From Selaginella moellendorffii (lineage: Eukaryota > Plantae > Lycopodiophyta), in assembly GCF_000143415.4 (NCBI RefSeq), contig NW_003314311.1, forward strand, positions 225,629 through 287,008: a stretch of 61,380 bases of DNA, given 5' to 3'. The translations under genes were made by a program, and so were the position numbers. A model generated the notes under the pieces. It was not told the origin of the DNA. It ran no database searches and saw only the letters and a list, made by a program, of their open reading frames with translations. Positions 25,250-37,832 of this stretch are shown here, piece after piece (positions within the stretch are counted from its first letter, which is position 1; each line of letters opens with the position of its first letter).

Positions 25250-27147
25250 TGTAGCGCACGTGGTTTTGACCCTTTATCCTATAGTGATTTACCATAGGAT
25301 AACACCACGAAGCGGAACCTAAACCCTCTTTGTGCCACGTGACAGATGCCACATGTCACATGTCACATGCCACGTGTCCATGCCACGTGTCCATAGGAAC
25401 CCGAGGTTCAGGGCCTTGGGCCACTGAACGATAGAACAGTGCCAAACTCCCAAGCATGGAGCCAAGGAGTGTCGAAACCGAACCACGGAGCAACTCCCGA
25501 GCATAAAGCCCAAGGAGCGAAGGGACAGGAGCCCGGAGCGACTTGGAACAGTCCTAGAGTAACTAGCATCCCAATGCCAGGACCAGCACGCAAAACGGAG
25601 CCAAACGGAGTTTGGCGCTATTTCAGCATACCGGTGGCCTAACGCGAGAACATAGGTACTCCACCAGCTAGCATGGAATGGAACTTGGGCTTAGACCCAA
25701 GCCGGACACAGAACAAGGACAGGAACGCAAGCGGGAGCTAGACTATGCCTCAGGTTGGTCGGCCATGCCCGACCTACCCAGAGCAGCAAGGGTGGCTGAC
25801 TCCGTTGGTCATTTCCTTGTCGGCGACGGCCGGAAGGTGTCTGAGCTGATAGCGCATCCACGTTAGACAAAGAGGTTGCTCCCTAACTCATTTAAGTTGG
25901 TGCATTTCTCACATAGTGTGAGTACCGTGAACTTTTTCTGGAGTTGTTTCCTTGGCGGTATTCTAGACTCGAGTATGCATCGACGAGGACGTCGATCTTC
26001 CCAAGGGGGGGAGAGTGTCGCAAATGTGACTTCAGGTATCAAAAGTTACCTGTCGGCTAGTCCTTACGGACACTCTTACCTTACTGCCACGATGGCAGGA
26101 GGTCGGTATTGCTGGTTCCTTTTATCAGCCCCTCTTGTTTAAGTGTTAGTTTACTGGGCTTAACACCTGTACTTAGCCAGATGGACATAAGGTAGGAACT
26201 CCTATGTGTTTCTAGCTGAGCATACTCGGCCTGGCTCTTAGTTCTCTTTTGCTCTGTCTTGCACTGGCTTGACAAGAACCCTCGCGTATTGAGATTGGTC
26301 CCTCAATATCGCCGGATGATAGCTTACCGTGTCTGCCAAACACCCTCGCTATCATGCCCTTTATGTTAGTCTCATTTCGGTCCCAAATGCTATTTATGGA
26401 AAGTGTCTAGATTTGCTTATTTGGTATATCTACGGAATGTAAAGATTGTCCTGAACACAATGGTGTTCGTCCCGTGTCCAAATTCGCAATCTAAAGACAT
26501 TCCATATTTAGTAAGTTTTGAGCTTGTCCCAGAGACTAACTCCTGATACTAAGGGAGGCTTGGGGTGAAAGCCCAAAGCGTGTGTACCTCAAGGGGGGGG
26601 GGGCTGTGGGGGGTTCCAAATGTATAGTAGGGATAGTGGGTAGTTCGGGCATGGCCGACCAACCTGAGGCATAGTCTAGCTCCCGCTTGCATGCCTGTCC
26701 TTGTTCTGCGTCCGGCTTGGGTCTAAGCCCAAGTTCCATTCCATGCTAGCTGGTGGAGTACCCATGTTCTCGTGTTAGGCCACCGGTATGCTGAAATAGC
26801 GCCAAACTCCGTTTGGCTCCGTTTTGCGTGCTGGTCTTGGCATTGGGATGCTGGTTACTCTAGGACTGTTCCAAGTCGCTCCGGGCTCCTGTCCCTTCAC
26901 TCCTTGGGCTTTATGCTCGGGAGTTGCTCCGTGGTTCGGTTCCGACACTCCTTGGCTCCATGCTTGGGAGTTTGGCACTGTTCTATCGTTCAGTGGCCCA
27001 AGGCCCTGAACCTCGGGTTCCTATGGACACGTGGCATGTGACACGTGGCATCTGTCACGTGGCACAAAGAGGGTTTAGGTTCCGCTTCATGGTGTTATCC
27101 TATGGTAAATCACTATAGGATAAAGGGTCAAAACCACGTGCGCTACA
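25250..27147. mobile_element. Fold-back family-1 derivative: inverted half-LTR (25250-25780), 3' internal segment with PPT (25781-26015), full LTR (26016-27147); TSD CATTA
   Basis: Starts TGTAGCGCACG and ends CGTGCGCTACA; CATTA at 25245-25249 and 27148-27152; mirror ORFs 25439..25642(+)/26775..26978(-). Confidence 0.93.
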
Positions 27148-30100
27148 CATTAGCATTATTGTTCGAGTGATGAAGAATTTTCCTTAAAACTTGATTTTCT
27201 ATGTCATTTTTCTTGTTACTCTTTTGGCTTCACATTGGATCTTGAAGGTGGTTAAAGAAGAGTATTAATGCAATGTGGCTATCCAAACATGTGGTCTTCG
27301 TGATCAAGCCTTAGATGTTTATTTTGCATTTTTATGGATGTCAGTGTTGGATATAAAAATATGTGGGTGAGATGTTCAATGCTTAAGCATATTATGGGTC
27401 ATGAGAATTAGTGTTGAAGTGAACCTATATGAAGTGGTAGGTAAGAGGACGTTGGTTGAGTCTTGAAAGTTTGTATTCTTGGACTGAGAGTCATTTTTTC
27501 TTTAAGATAGAAAATTTTTCCACAAGTTTTCTTAGGATTTTCCAATGGCTGATCTGTTGATCACTTTGCTCAAAAACCATTCCGTTTTCATAAGCTAGTA
27601 CAAACTAGTGAAAGGGTTGGAATTAACTTTGGTAAGCTTAGACCTTGGTAGGTAGTTTTTATAATGCAACTCGAAAGGGATACTAATTTTTGGAGCTAAG
27701 GCAATTGAATTGGATAGAGTGTGGAATTGTTATAGAAAAATGGCTATTGCGCTTTTCTGAGAAGGGTGACCCCTGTGCCTTTTTTTTATAGTATTGTGCT
27801 TGGTGGCAAGTTACACTTTGCATTTTGGTAAACTCTATGAGAGTAGTGAGCTCTCACTGATCTTGACTTCGTCTTGGTGGCCCTATGCCTTGACTAAGGA
27901 TGGTGATGTCCAATTTAGTTGTTTGAAGTCGAGGTGTTACCTGTATTATAGCCTTGTTTATGAGGAGGTTGTGTACAAATATGAGTCCATCTCATGGTCT
28001 TCACTTTAGTTTCAGCTAAGTGTTGGTCATGCATAACTAGCCTCTTCAAGGCATACTCAGAATTATTGGTTAGACGTGTTGGTGAGCTTATTACAGTTGA
28101 GTTGAATTCAAATAGTCATTTAGTTCTTGCTTATCCATGAACCTTTATCTCGTATCTGGGATATTATGTTCATGTTAGACAAGTATATAACTTGATGACA
28201 TGAATTTAGTGTTTGGGTCTTATGAAAATAAGTTGAGCGGTGATTGTTAGTTGCTTTGTGACTAGTGATTGCTTATTGACTTCGTCAAGGACTGTTTGAC
28301 ACTTGCTTTGCTCGATGATGATTTAGCAATGATGAGCTTGTTTTATCAGATGGTGTTGCAGAGGATCGTGTCATTAGACTTACATGTTGTTAAACTTTCT
28401 ATGTTGGCATGTTGACTCTACCTTTGTCGATATTATTTAGATATATTTAGTCCGTAGTGTTGAGTCTTGAACATGGTGAATTATTCCTTGAGGAAGTGTT
28501 ATCTGTAATTGAGTTTTGCTAAAGTATTGGTCTCGGATACTGACTAAAGTATCTTTGACTTTGGTTAGTTTGGTTGCTAAAGAGTTTTTGGTGGTGAATC
28601 ACTCTTGCTTTCTTTTAGCTTTGTTTTGGTGTTGATGGCATTGAAGTGATACATTCTCATTGACATTGTTAATGTTGAGATTTGAGTGAAATGAGATGTC
28701 TCTCCGAAAAATTGATGTCAAGTTTCATTAATTTTGATGAAAATAGTGTTAATGATTTGGCTATGGCTTTGAGTTATTAGCATTTATGCAATTGCTAGTT
28801 AACAACTATGTTAGTGTTCAAACGAGTTGAGTGGCAAGTTTGAGTTAGTTGTGTTCTAGACAAGATTATTTAGTAAGGGTTGAGCTTTAACTTTTCCTTG
28901 AAAAGTGATTCAATCATGGACTATGTTAGCTTTATGAGACGAAGAGTTAGTGATCGATATTGAAATGTTTGAATCCTTGTTGGATTTGAGTTTGAATATA
29001 TTAATCATTGATGATTTTTCTTGTGTTTGTTATGAAGTGAATTAGATTCATGGTAGATTATTTAGTGATCATTTGTTAAGCATAGCTTCATTGTGCTTGG
29101 CTTTTGGATTGATGCAAATATGCTCATACTTGTGGATGTGTTGGGGAAGATGTTGTGGGTTATACCATGACTTTTTCTTTATCATTAAAGTTGGTTCATG
29201 CGAGATTTGTGATCATTGTTAGACAAGACATGATTATAGGCTTCTTCAAACTTTTGGTTCTTTAAGTTTTTATGTTCATTATTCCATTTGTTAAAAGTTG
29301 TTAGAAGGGCATTTTAGCTCAATAGCTTTGATGAAGTTAGTATTTGCATCTAGCAATCATTTGTGATGATTGACTATCGTTTTAGATAATTAATTATTCT
29401 TATCGAAGGTTTTGCTTGATTGTTATTAATATATAATGATTCGTTGTTCTTTGGGATGGTGGATATTTTTTTTTATAATAATTATGCATCTCTTTATTGA
29501 TAGGATGATTGATGATCTTTCATGATGGTTAGTTGTTCTTTTTGATGGCTTATGGCTTTTTGCAATACCACATATTCTTTGTGGTTTGTTCTAGATTGGT
29601 CTTTTGGGTTTGAGACATCAGTAGAATGTTGTTAACACTTGCTTAGGCAACTTGAGTTCCTTGGTGTTATTGGCTGGGATCTATTCAGATTGGCTAATAT
29701 GATAGTTGGCATGAATGGGTGTTTGTTAGTCTTATCGCATTTATTTTGTTCTATTGATTATTGCTCGAGTTAGTTCTAATAGGTTGGGATGTTATTTCTT
29801 TTGGATGATACATTTGCAAGCATTGTGCTTGTCAGTCAATGATACTTTGTGTTCTTTGGGTTATCTTTAATAAGTTGTTTGGCATACTGTTTGCCATCTT
29901 CGGTAGTTAAGTTTCATCATTGAGTTTCCTTGAGGATATACTTGCTATTGAATTTTATTGGATAGTGATTCCTATGTTTACCAATTATGATGATCTTGGT
30001 GGTTTCTATACTATAATACTGGTTTATTAGATGATAATTTACTTGGAATACTTTTGTGTTCTAATCTAAGATTTATTCAATGATAATTAAGTCTCTAAGA

Positions 30101-31535
30101 TATCATTGTTTATGACTTTGATATTATCCATCTATTGATCTTTGAGTTTGGGCCAGTATAGGCAGACTGGCTTCGACACTTCATGTGCATGGTGAAATAT
30201 TTAGTCATGGGGTAGCTACTGTCGATTGGTCATATCACTCACCTCTCTATCGATGTTCCTTATTCCATTAAAAGGGCATGACCGTGTAAACAACTCTAAT
30301 TGCCTGTTTTGCAGTAGTCTATCTAAACTTTACTGACGAGTTTAGTTTCTTTGCTCATGAGGGTTGGGGCCTTTGGCTTCTCTCTTTATATCCCTGCAAG
30401 CAGAGGCGTATCACACTTTTGTAAGCTGGGTGACAACCAGAGCATCAAGGGTGGCTAACTCCATTGGTCATTTCCTTTTCAGTGATAGCTAGAAGGTGTT
30501 TGAGTTAGTAGCGCATCCGCGTTAAACAAAGAGGTTGCCTTCTAACACATTTAAGTTGGTGCATTTCTCATATAGTGTGATCATTGTGAACTTTTTCTAG
30601 AGTTGTTTCTTTGCCAATGGTCTAGACTCGAGTGTGCATCGACAAGGACGTCGATTTTCCCGGAAGGGGAGGGGGAGGGGGCGGGGGAGACTATTGCGAA
30701 TATGACTTTGGGTATCGAAAGTTACCTATCAACTAGTCCTTTCGGATATACTTTCCTTACTGCCACAACGGCAGGAGATCGGTATTGCTAGACCCTTTAT
30801 CAATCTTCGCCTAAGCTAGTTGAGAAATTGGTCTTCGCGTGTGCACTTGACCAGATGAGCATAAGGAAGGAATTCCTAAGTGTCTATTTAGTCAAGCATA
30901 CTTGACCTGGTTAGAGAAACTCATTCATTGATATGCACTTGCTAGTGTTGGGAACCCCTATGATATTGAGATTGATCCCTCAATATTTGTTATACGATAA
31001 CTTACCATGTCTGCCAAATACCCTCGCTATCATGCCCTTTGTGTTAGTCTCACTTTAGTCCCAAATGCTATTTATAGAAAGTGTCCAGATTTGCTCATTT
31101 GGCATATTTACAGAATGTAGAGATTGACCTAAACACAATGGTGTTCGTCCCGCGTCCAAATTCGCAATCTAAGGACATTCCATATTTAATAAGTTTCGAT
31201 CTTATCCTAAAGACTAACTCCTAATACTAAAGGAGGCTTGGGGTGAAAGCCCAAAGCATGTGTTCTTCAAAGGGGAAGGGGAAGGGGAAAGGGGGGGGGG
31301 AGGGGGGCGGGGGGTTCCAAACTGTATAGTAGGGATAGTGGGTAGGTCGGGCATGGCTGACTAACCTAAGGCATAGTCTAGCTTCCACTTGTATGCTTGT
31401 CTTTGTTTTGCGTCTAGCTTGGGTCTAAGCCCAAGTTCCACACCATGCTAGCTAGTGGAGTACCCATATTCTTGCATTAGGCCATTATTATGCCAAAATA
31501 GCACCAAACTCTATTTGGCTCCATTTTGCATGTTG

Positions 31536-32951
31536 TGTAAGAGACTAAATTTTCCATTCTACTTTAGTCACTTAACCCCACCTCTAACCATTTGTAGGAG
31601 TCTCACTCACAACCTCCGTAAGTTCTATTTTAGACTTAGGGACTTGCTAGCCCCAAGAATGGCATCCATGCCACTCAACCATTGCATTTGGTCCAAGTGC
31701 TCCACATGTCCGATCCTATAACCGACACCCCAAGGTACCACCGACATATCAGCCTGTTACGCTAAGGCCATGCCCATTCACCTTGGTCACATCAGTGGTC
31801 TAACACTACCTACATCACAATCCAGTCTCTCAAAGACTGAGCCATCCATCCATGAGTGATCATCCCAGATCCACTCCTTAGCATCCTTAGGATTCTCGCA
31901 GACATGGGGAATAGCCTTCCCCAATATCCCTTTTCCAGTCCTCAACAAGTCCCTTTCTGCCCCTGGCCGTATTCGCCAACACTGCCACTAGATCGAGGCC
32001 CACAGGCCCAACCACTAAGTCCCATGGTCCTTTGGGACTTCCTCACCACACAACTGTATCCTTGGTCATTACACCAAAGGACTACTCCTCTTCCTTTCCA
32101 CAATCTGGGCCTTTGGGACAACATTTCAAAACACCGTGGCCTTACCCGAGCCTCATGGGTACTCTCCCTGCTTTCCACTTTTGGATGCTCTAGCCATGGG
32201 CTTAGAGCGAGGTTTCGTTGAGCCACGCCAGGTATCCAAGTAAGTAGTGCCACCCACACTTGGACTAGGAGCATTGACCATTCGATCTCCCAGGGGAACT
32301 AAAGCCAGCTTTTGAACACTTCACCAAGCTACCCCGCTTGTCGGTCCATATTCACTTTCATCTTGGACTTCCCAGTGGTCAACTCATCACCCAACACCTG
32401 GGTACAGCCTTCCTAGGCCAAACTGGCTCCACTGGGCTCCAACCCCCACACTCTCCCTACTATACTTTTGGAACCCCCCGTAGCCCCCCCCCCCCGGGGG
32501 GACGATCGCTTTGGGCTTTCACCCAACAGCCTGTATTAGTATTCAGGCTCGGACTCAGACTCAGTCTCAGTCCCAATTTCAGACTCAGACTCAGTCTCGG
32601 TCTCGGTCTCGGTACCATCTCAGACTCCATTTCGGACTCCATCTTGGGTCCATCTCAGACTCCATCTCGGACTCCATCTCGGGTCCATCTCGGACTCCAT
32701 CTCAGACTCCATCTCGGGTCCATCTCAGACTCCATCTCGGGTCCTCTTGTATCCCTTTTCTAGAGACTCATTTATCACTCACTTCATGTTTGTTCCTTGA
32801 GCACTTCATTGGGAGTTCCACTCCCACTCTCAACCTTTCAAGTCGGAGGTTTTGGTCCAAACGTGTTACGCTTGTTTGGCTTTCGCTTTGGCCACTACCA
32901 CATGGCACCCTTCTGGCTCCACTTTGGGGCCTAGGGATTTTGTGTTTCATA
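31536..32951. mobile_element. Solo LTR, family 2, TSD TGTTG, inserted in the family-1 3' LTR
   Basis: TGTAAG...TTTCATA flanked by TGTTG at 31531-31535 and 32952-32956; host LTR resumes in register. Confidence 0.88.
32545..32745 (+). repeat. 6/12-mer tandem array (CTCGGA/CTCAGA, CTCGGACTCCAT) in family-2 LTR; decayed counterpart at 34630-34920
   Basis: Direct inspection. Confidence 0.9.
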
Positions 32952-33638
32952 TGTTGGTCCTAGCATTGGGATGCTGGTTGCTCTAGGATTATTCCAAGTT
33001 GCTCTGGGCTCCTATCCTTTCGCTCCTTGGGCTGTATGCTAGGGAGTTGCTCCATGGTCTGGTTCTGTCACTCCTTGGCTCCAGTTTGGCACCATTTCTT
33101 TGTTTAGAGGCCCAAGGCCCAGAACCTCGGGTTCCACACCACTGTCCTAAGGACATGTGGCATATAAAAGGTTTAGGTTCCACTTCGTGGTGTTATCTTA
33201 TAGTAAATCATTATAAGATAAAGGGTAAAAACTACATATGCTACACCCAAAACCCTTAATTGATTAGAAAAAAGGGTGCACTCTTATTCATAAGCTCTTT
33301 CCCTTTATATTTAAACCTTTATGAAACATTTTCTTAAATTATTCTCTTTGGTTGCTTCCAAAAGGAGGGGATGATATAAAGACAAAGTGTGACTATAATA
33401 CTATATACTTATGTTAACATAGTAGGATTTTAATAGATATTAGAGTGGTTTCAATTTAGACCATTCACTCTTATATATAAACTATAGTTTTTTGGTTAAT
33501 TGATATAAACATCTCTATATTCTATTTCTATATTCTATACGCTCATATTAGCATAATGGGCTTTTGATAGCCATTGGATTAATTTCAATCCAGACCACTC
33601 ACTTTTATATATAAGCTAGAGTTTTTGGACTAATTGAT

Positions 33639-35148
33639 TGTAACCGATTAAATTTTCTATTCTACTTTAATCTCTTAACCACACTTTTGACTACTTGGGG
33701 CAGTCTCACTCCCAACCTTCATAAGTCTTATTCCCAACTTGAGGACATGCTAGCCTCGTGAATGACATTTATACCACTTAACATTTGTATTTGGTCCAAG
33801 TGCTCCACAAGTCCAATCCCATAATAAACACCCCAAAAGTATCACTAACATATCAATTTGTTACTCTAAGGCCATATCCATTTACCCTTATCTCATTGGT
33901 AGTCCAAGATTACCTATATTATAATCTTATCTCTTAAAGATTGGGCCCTCCATCCATAAGTGGTTATCTTAGAACCACACTTTAACATCCTTATAATGCC
34001 TAAAGACATCGAGAACACCCTCCCCAATGTCCCTTTTTCAGTCCCCACTAAATCCCTCTCCATCCACAGTCGTGCTCACTAACACTACCACTGGATTAAG
34101 CCTCAAAGGCCCTACTATTAAGTCCCATTGACCTCTAGGACTTCCTCACCACATAACCATGCTTATGGTCAATATGCAAGAGCATTGTTCTTTTTCCTTT
34201 CCACAATCTAGGACTTTGGGACAATATTTTGAAATACTGTGGCCCTACACTAATTTCATGGATACTCTCCCACCTTTTGCCCTTAGGTGCCCTAGCCATG
34301 TGGTTAGAGTAAAGTTCTAATGAGCCACATTAAGTATCCTTGTAGGTAGTGCCACTCACACTTGGATTGGGAGTATCAACCATTCAATCTCCCGAAAGAG
34401 TTAGAATCAACTCTTGAACACTTCACTAAGTTACTCTATTTGTCCATTTGTGTTCACTTTACCCTTACCTCCTCAATGGTTATATCATCACCCATCATAT
34501 AGGTATAACCTTCCTTGGTCACACTAACCTTTCCTGGCCAAATTAGTCCATTGAAGTCCTCCTTCTCCTATCTTTTTGGAACTCACCACCTAAGGTCTGG
34601 GAGATGATCACTTTGGGCTTTCACTCTTGGATTCGGACTTGAACTCGGTCTAGCACTTGGACTCGGACTCAAACTCGGTCTCAGTCTTGTTTTTGAACTC
34701 AGACTTGGACTCATACTTGGTCTCCGCACTAGTCTCAATCTCGATCTTGGTCTCGGTCTTGGTTTTGGTCTTGATCTCAGACCCGGACTTGGACTTCATC
34801 TCGAACTCCATCATGGACTCCATTTCGGATTCCTTCTTGGACTTCATCTCAAACTCTATCATTTGGATTCCTTCTTGGACTCCTCAAATTCATTCTCGGA
34901 CTCCTTCTTAGACTTGGTCCTAACACTTCCATGTGTTAATCCTTCTTGTGTCCCTTTATAAAGATTCATTCATCAATTGCTTTGTGCTCATTCCTCAAAC
35001 ACTTTATTTAGAGTTCCACTCCCACTCTTGACTTTCCGGGTTAAAGCTTTTGGTCCCAATGTGTTACACTTATTGGATTTCTATTTCGACCACTGCCATA
35101 TAACACACTTTTGGCTCTACTTTGGGGCTTAGGGACTTGTGTCTCACA
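33639..35148. mobile_element. Solo LTR, family 2, TSD TTGAT, inserted in the gypsy LTR
   Basis: TGTAAC...TCTCACA flanked by TTGAT at 33634-33638 and 35149-35153; colinear with 31536-32951. Confidence 0.9.
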
Positions 35149-37832
35149 TTGATATACACACTTTTGTATTTCATTTCCATATTCTATACACTCATATTGG
35201 TGGAGGTGAGGGGCAATTTTGATTGTCCTTAAGGAGTGTTTGGATTTAGAATTTTGGTTTAGATTTAGCTTTTACATGATCTATATCTCCCTTTTTTTAT
35301 AATTTCTTCTCTTTTACTTTTTCATTTTCATTTATCTTCATATAGAGGAACAACCTTCTCCTCCTTTGACTTTGGAGTAGCAGTTCGTGCAGTTGCTTGA
35401 TGCTATGTAGTTATAGTTGAATAATTAGACTCAATTGATCAAGGCATTCACAGCGCATGGTATAACTCTTTCTGCTCTTAGTGCCAATCCTCGCGTTTGA
35501 CTAGAGTTCTTTCGTGGGAGTCCTAGGGATGATGTGTATAATTGGTTCGATCACTTTACAGTGATTGCCATATATTATTTTTGGGATGATGCTTGGCATT
35601 TGCATGAGTTTCCCACATGTCTCCAAGGGACGGTGTTGCAATGGTATAATGCTTTGAGCATACCCACGCATGAGGATTGGAGCATTCTCCCAAATCTCTT
35701 TAAATACGCATTTGGACATGTTTACAATTCTGATAATGCCTTCCAATAATTGCATCATTTTCATTAAAGGTCATCTAAGTCAATGATGCAATTTAGCATT
35801 CATTTCTGAAGCCTCTTGCTTCTTCTAAAGCCAAATATATCGGAGTGGATCAAGTTAAGAATGTTATGGCCAACACTTCATTAAAATCTTGTAAGATTTA
35901 TGCATGCACTTGCTCCATCCACCCTTGATAATGCTCTTCACTTGGCACAATGTTATGAAACGTTGCCTATTCCACTTCTTGCTGCACATCCTTCAACCCC
36001 ACTTCTTGTAGGAAGTGGTTTTATTCCAATAGAATTTGATGCTATTACTACTCGAGTTCAAGAATAAGAGCAAGGACATGGTTGTAGCCATGATGTCTAC
36101 TGTTGAGCATATGATGAAGTTAATCACACTTATTGGCGTTGCCGATGTTTTCTGAATTAACAACCTCTATTTCTTAAATGAAGACCTTGGTATCAACAAC
36201 GTATTATTGGTGCTACTACTGTAGAAGGTCTAGACACCAAGATGCTCTTAGGAAACAAGGAGTTACACAAGTAGTGGAGAGTCTTTGCATGAATAAGTCA
36301 ATGACCCTTCCATTTTTCTTTTGGGAGTATCATCAAGGGGTTCACTTGGCACCAATTCATCAAGTGTTTACTTCCTAAGCTTATTTTTATAACAAGAGGT
36401 CTTTTATTATTCTCTCCATCTTGGTTGATATAAACTCAAATTTATCCTCTATTTTTCAGTTTGTTGCCACAAGTTATCATTTATATTTGCATCATGTGAT
36501 AGAGCCAGTTTTCATTCTTTATGGCAATGGCTATATACATGCATATGCATGGGATGAGGCAAACATAGTTATGTATGTGTGAGATCTTGAGCTTGAGCTG
36601 CAGTTATTGTGGGTAGTGCCAAATCAAGCTTTTGACTTCATTTTTAATATAAATTGGTTGTGGTGCAATTATGGCAAATATGGCTTTAAAATTTCTCCCC
36701 TTTGTTTTATACTTTTTTATATTTTTTTCATTCTTCTCACTTTTGTTCCTCTTTATCCCTTTGCTTCTACTTCTGCTTCCATCACTTTTTTCTCTCCATT
36801 ACTTCCTTCTATATTTCCATTTTGTTCCTTTATTCCCTTTTTTGATCCCTTTGATGGTCTTTATATTATAGCAGTTGACTAGCTTATAAAGGAATATGCT
36901 GGTCTATTTGAATTTAATCTGTCATCTAGGGATAAAATTGCAACACATCATCCTATTCCAACTGGGGATGCTTGTCCAATCAAGGTTTTTATTTGTCATT
37001 GGTCACCAAAAAAAAACAAAATTTTAGGTGCAAATGTCAAAGAGATGTTAGAAAATGATGTTATTCAAAAGTCATGGAGCATTTAAACTTCATCTTGTCA
37101 CAAAGTCTGATAAGAGTATTTATTTCTGCATCAATTATCACCTGTTAAATGAAGTGACAATCCCAAATGTGTATCCTCCTCCTCACACTACTGATCTCCT
37201 GAATTATCTAAGAAAATGTTGTTGGTTCACCAAGTTAGATCTTGTTTTTGGGTATTGGCCAATGCTAATGGCCGAGGAAAATATTCCCAAAACTACTTTT
37301 TATACACTATTTAATTTATACGAGTTCTTGGTGATGTTATTTAGTTTGAATAATGCTTTAGCAACTTCCTTATAAATGATGGATGAGGTTTTTTGCAATA
37401 TACTAGAGTTGACTATTGACTTCATTGATGATATTTTGATACATTTGGAAGGGACATGGGAGCAATATGTTTGTGATGTTTATAAAGTGTTAGATTGGCT
37501 GCAGGAAGTAGTTTAGAACTAAAGTATTCAAAGTCCCTAAAGACACCACTTATCTTGGGTACTATTTTTTGCATAGAGGTTTACAAGTTGATCTTGATAA
37601 ATTTTTTATTGTTCTTAAGTCCCTTAAAGAGTATGAATGATGTGTAATGGTTCTTAGGCAAAATGCAATATCTCAATTACTTTATTAATAATCTTTTTGA
37701 TTGTATTGCACCATTGCAAGCATTGTTAAAGTTGTCAATGTTGTCTTTCAGCTGATCCATGGATTATGAATGGTTGTTTATGGATCTCAAAAAGCTGTTG
37801 ATGACTCCTCTAGTTTTGGCATATTTTAACTG

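Larger units (their letters stand above)
22739..33245 (+). mobile_element. Full-length LTR family-1 element, non-autonomous-looking: 5' LTR 22739-23866, PBS about 23869-23880, PPT 30664-30690, 3' LTR 30692-33245, TSD CCCAA
   Basis: TG...CA ends; CCCAA at 22734-22738 and 33246-33250; degenerate tRNA-iMet PBS TGGTATTAGAAG; polypurine tract before the 3' LTR. Confidence 0.92.
18380..33546 (+). mobile_element. Decayed 5'-truncated Ty3/gypsy element 1 (RT, RNaseH, integrase, PPT, short 3' LTR about 33375-33546); host of nested insertions
   Basis: RNaseH CHPIAYIS...KEYLAIVWG at 20680-20790; integrase remnants at 21400-22430; colinear with 36700-39700; PPT aaaaggaggggatga at 33360-33374. Confidence 0.85.

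Noticed and set aside
26205-26235. AGCTGAGCATACTCGGCCTGG in the family-1 LTR faintly resembles a 5S A-box region
   Set aside because: Short match, no C-box follows, and it is poorly conserved between copies
32338-32963. ORFs of 141-150 aa with SISD/RLHL repeats
   Set aside because: Products of the 6/12-mer tandem array within a solo LTR; no sign of a real gene
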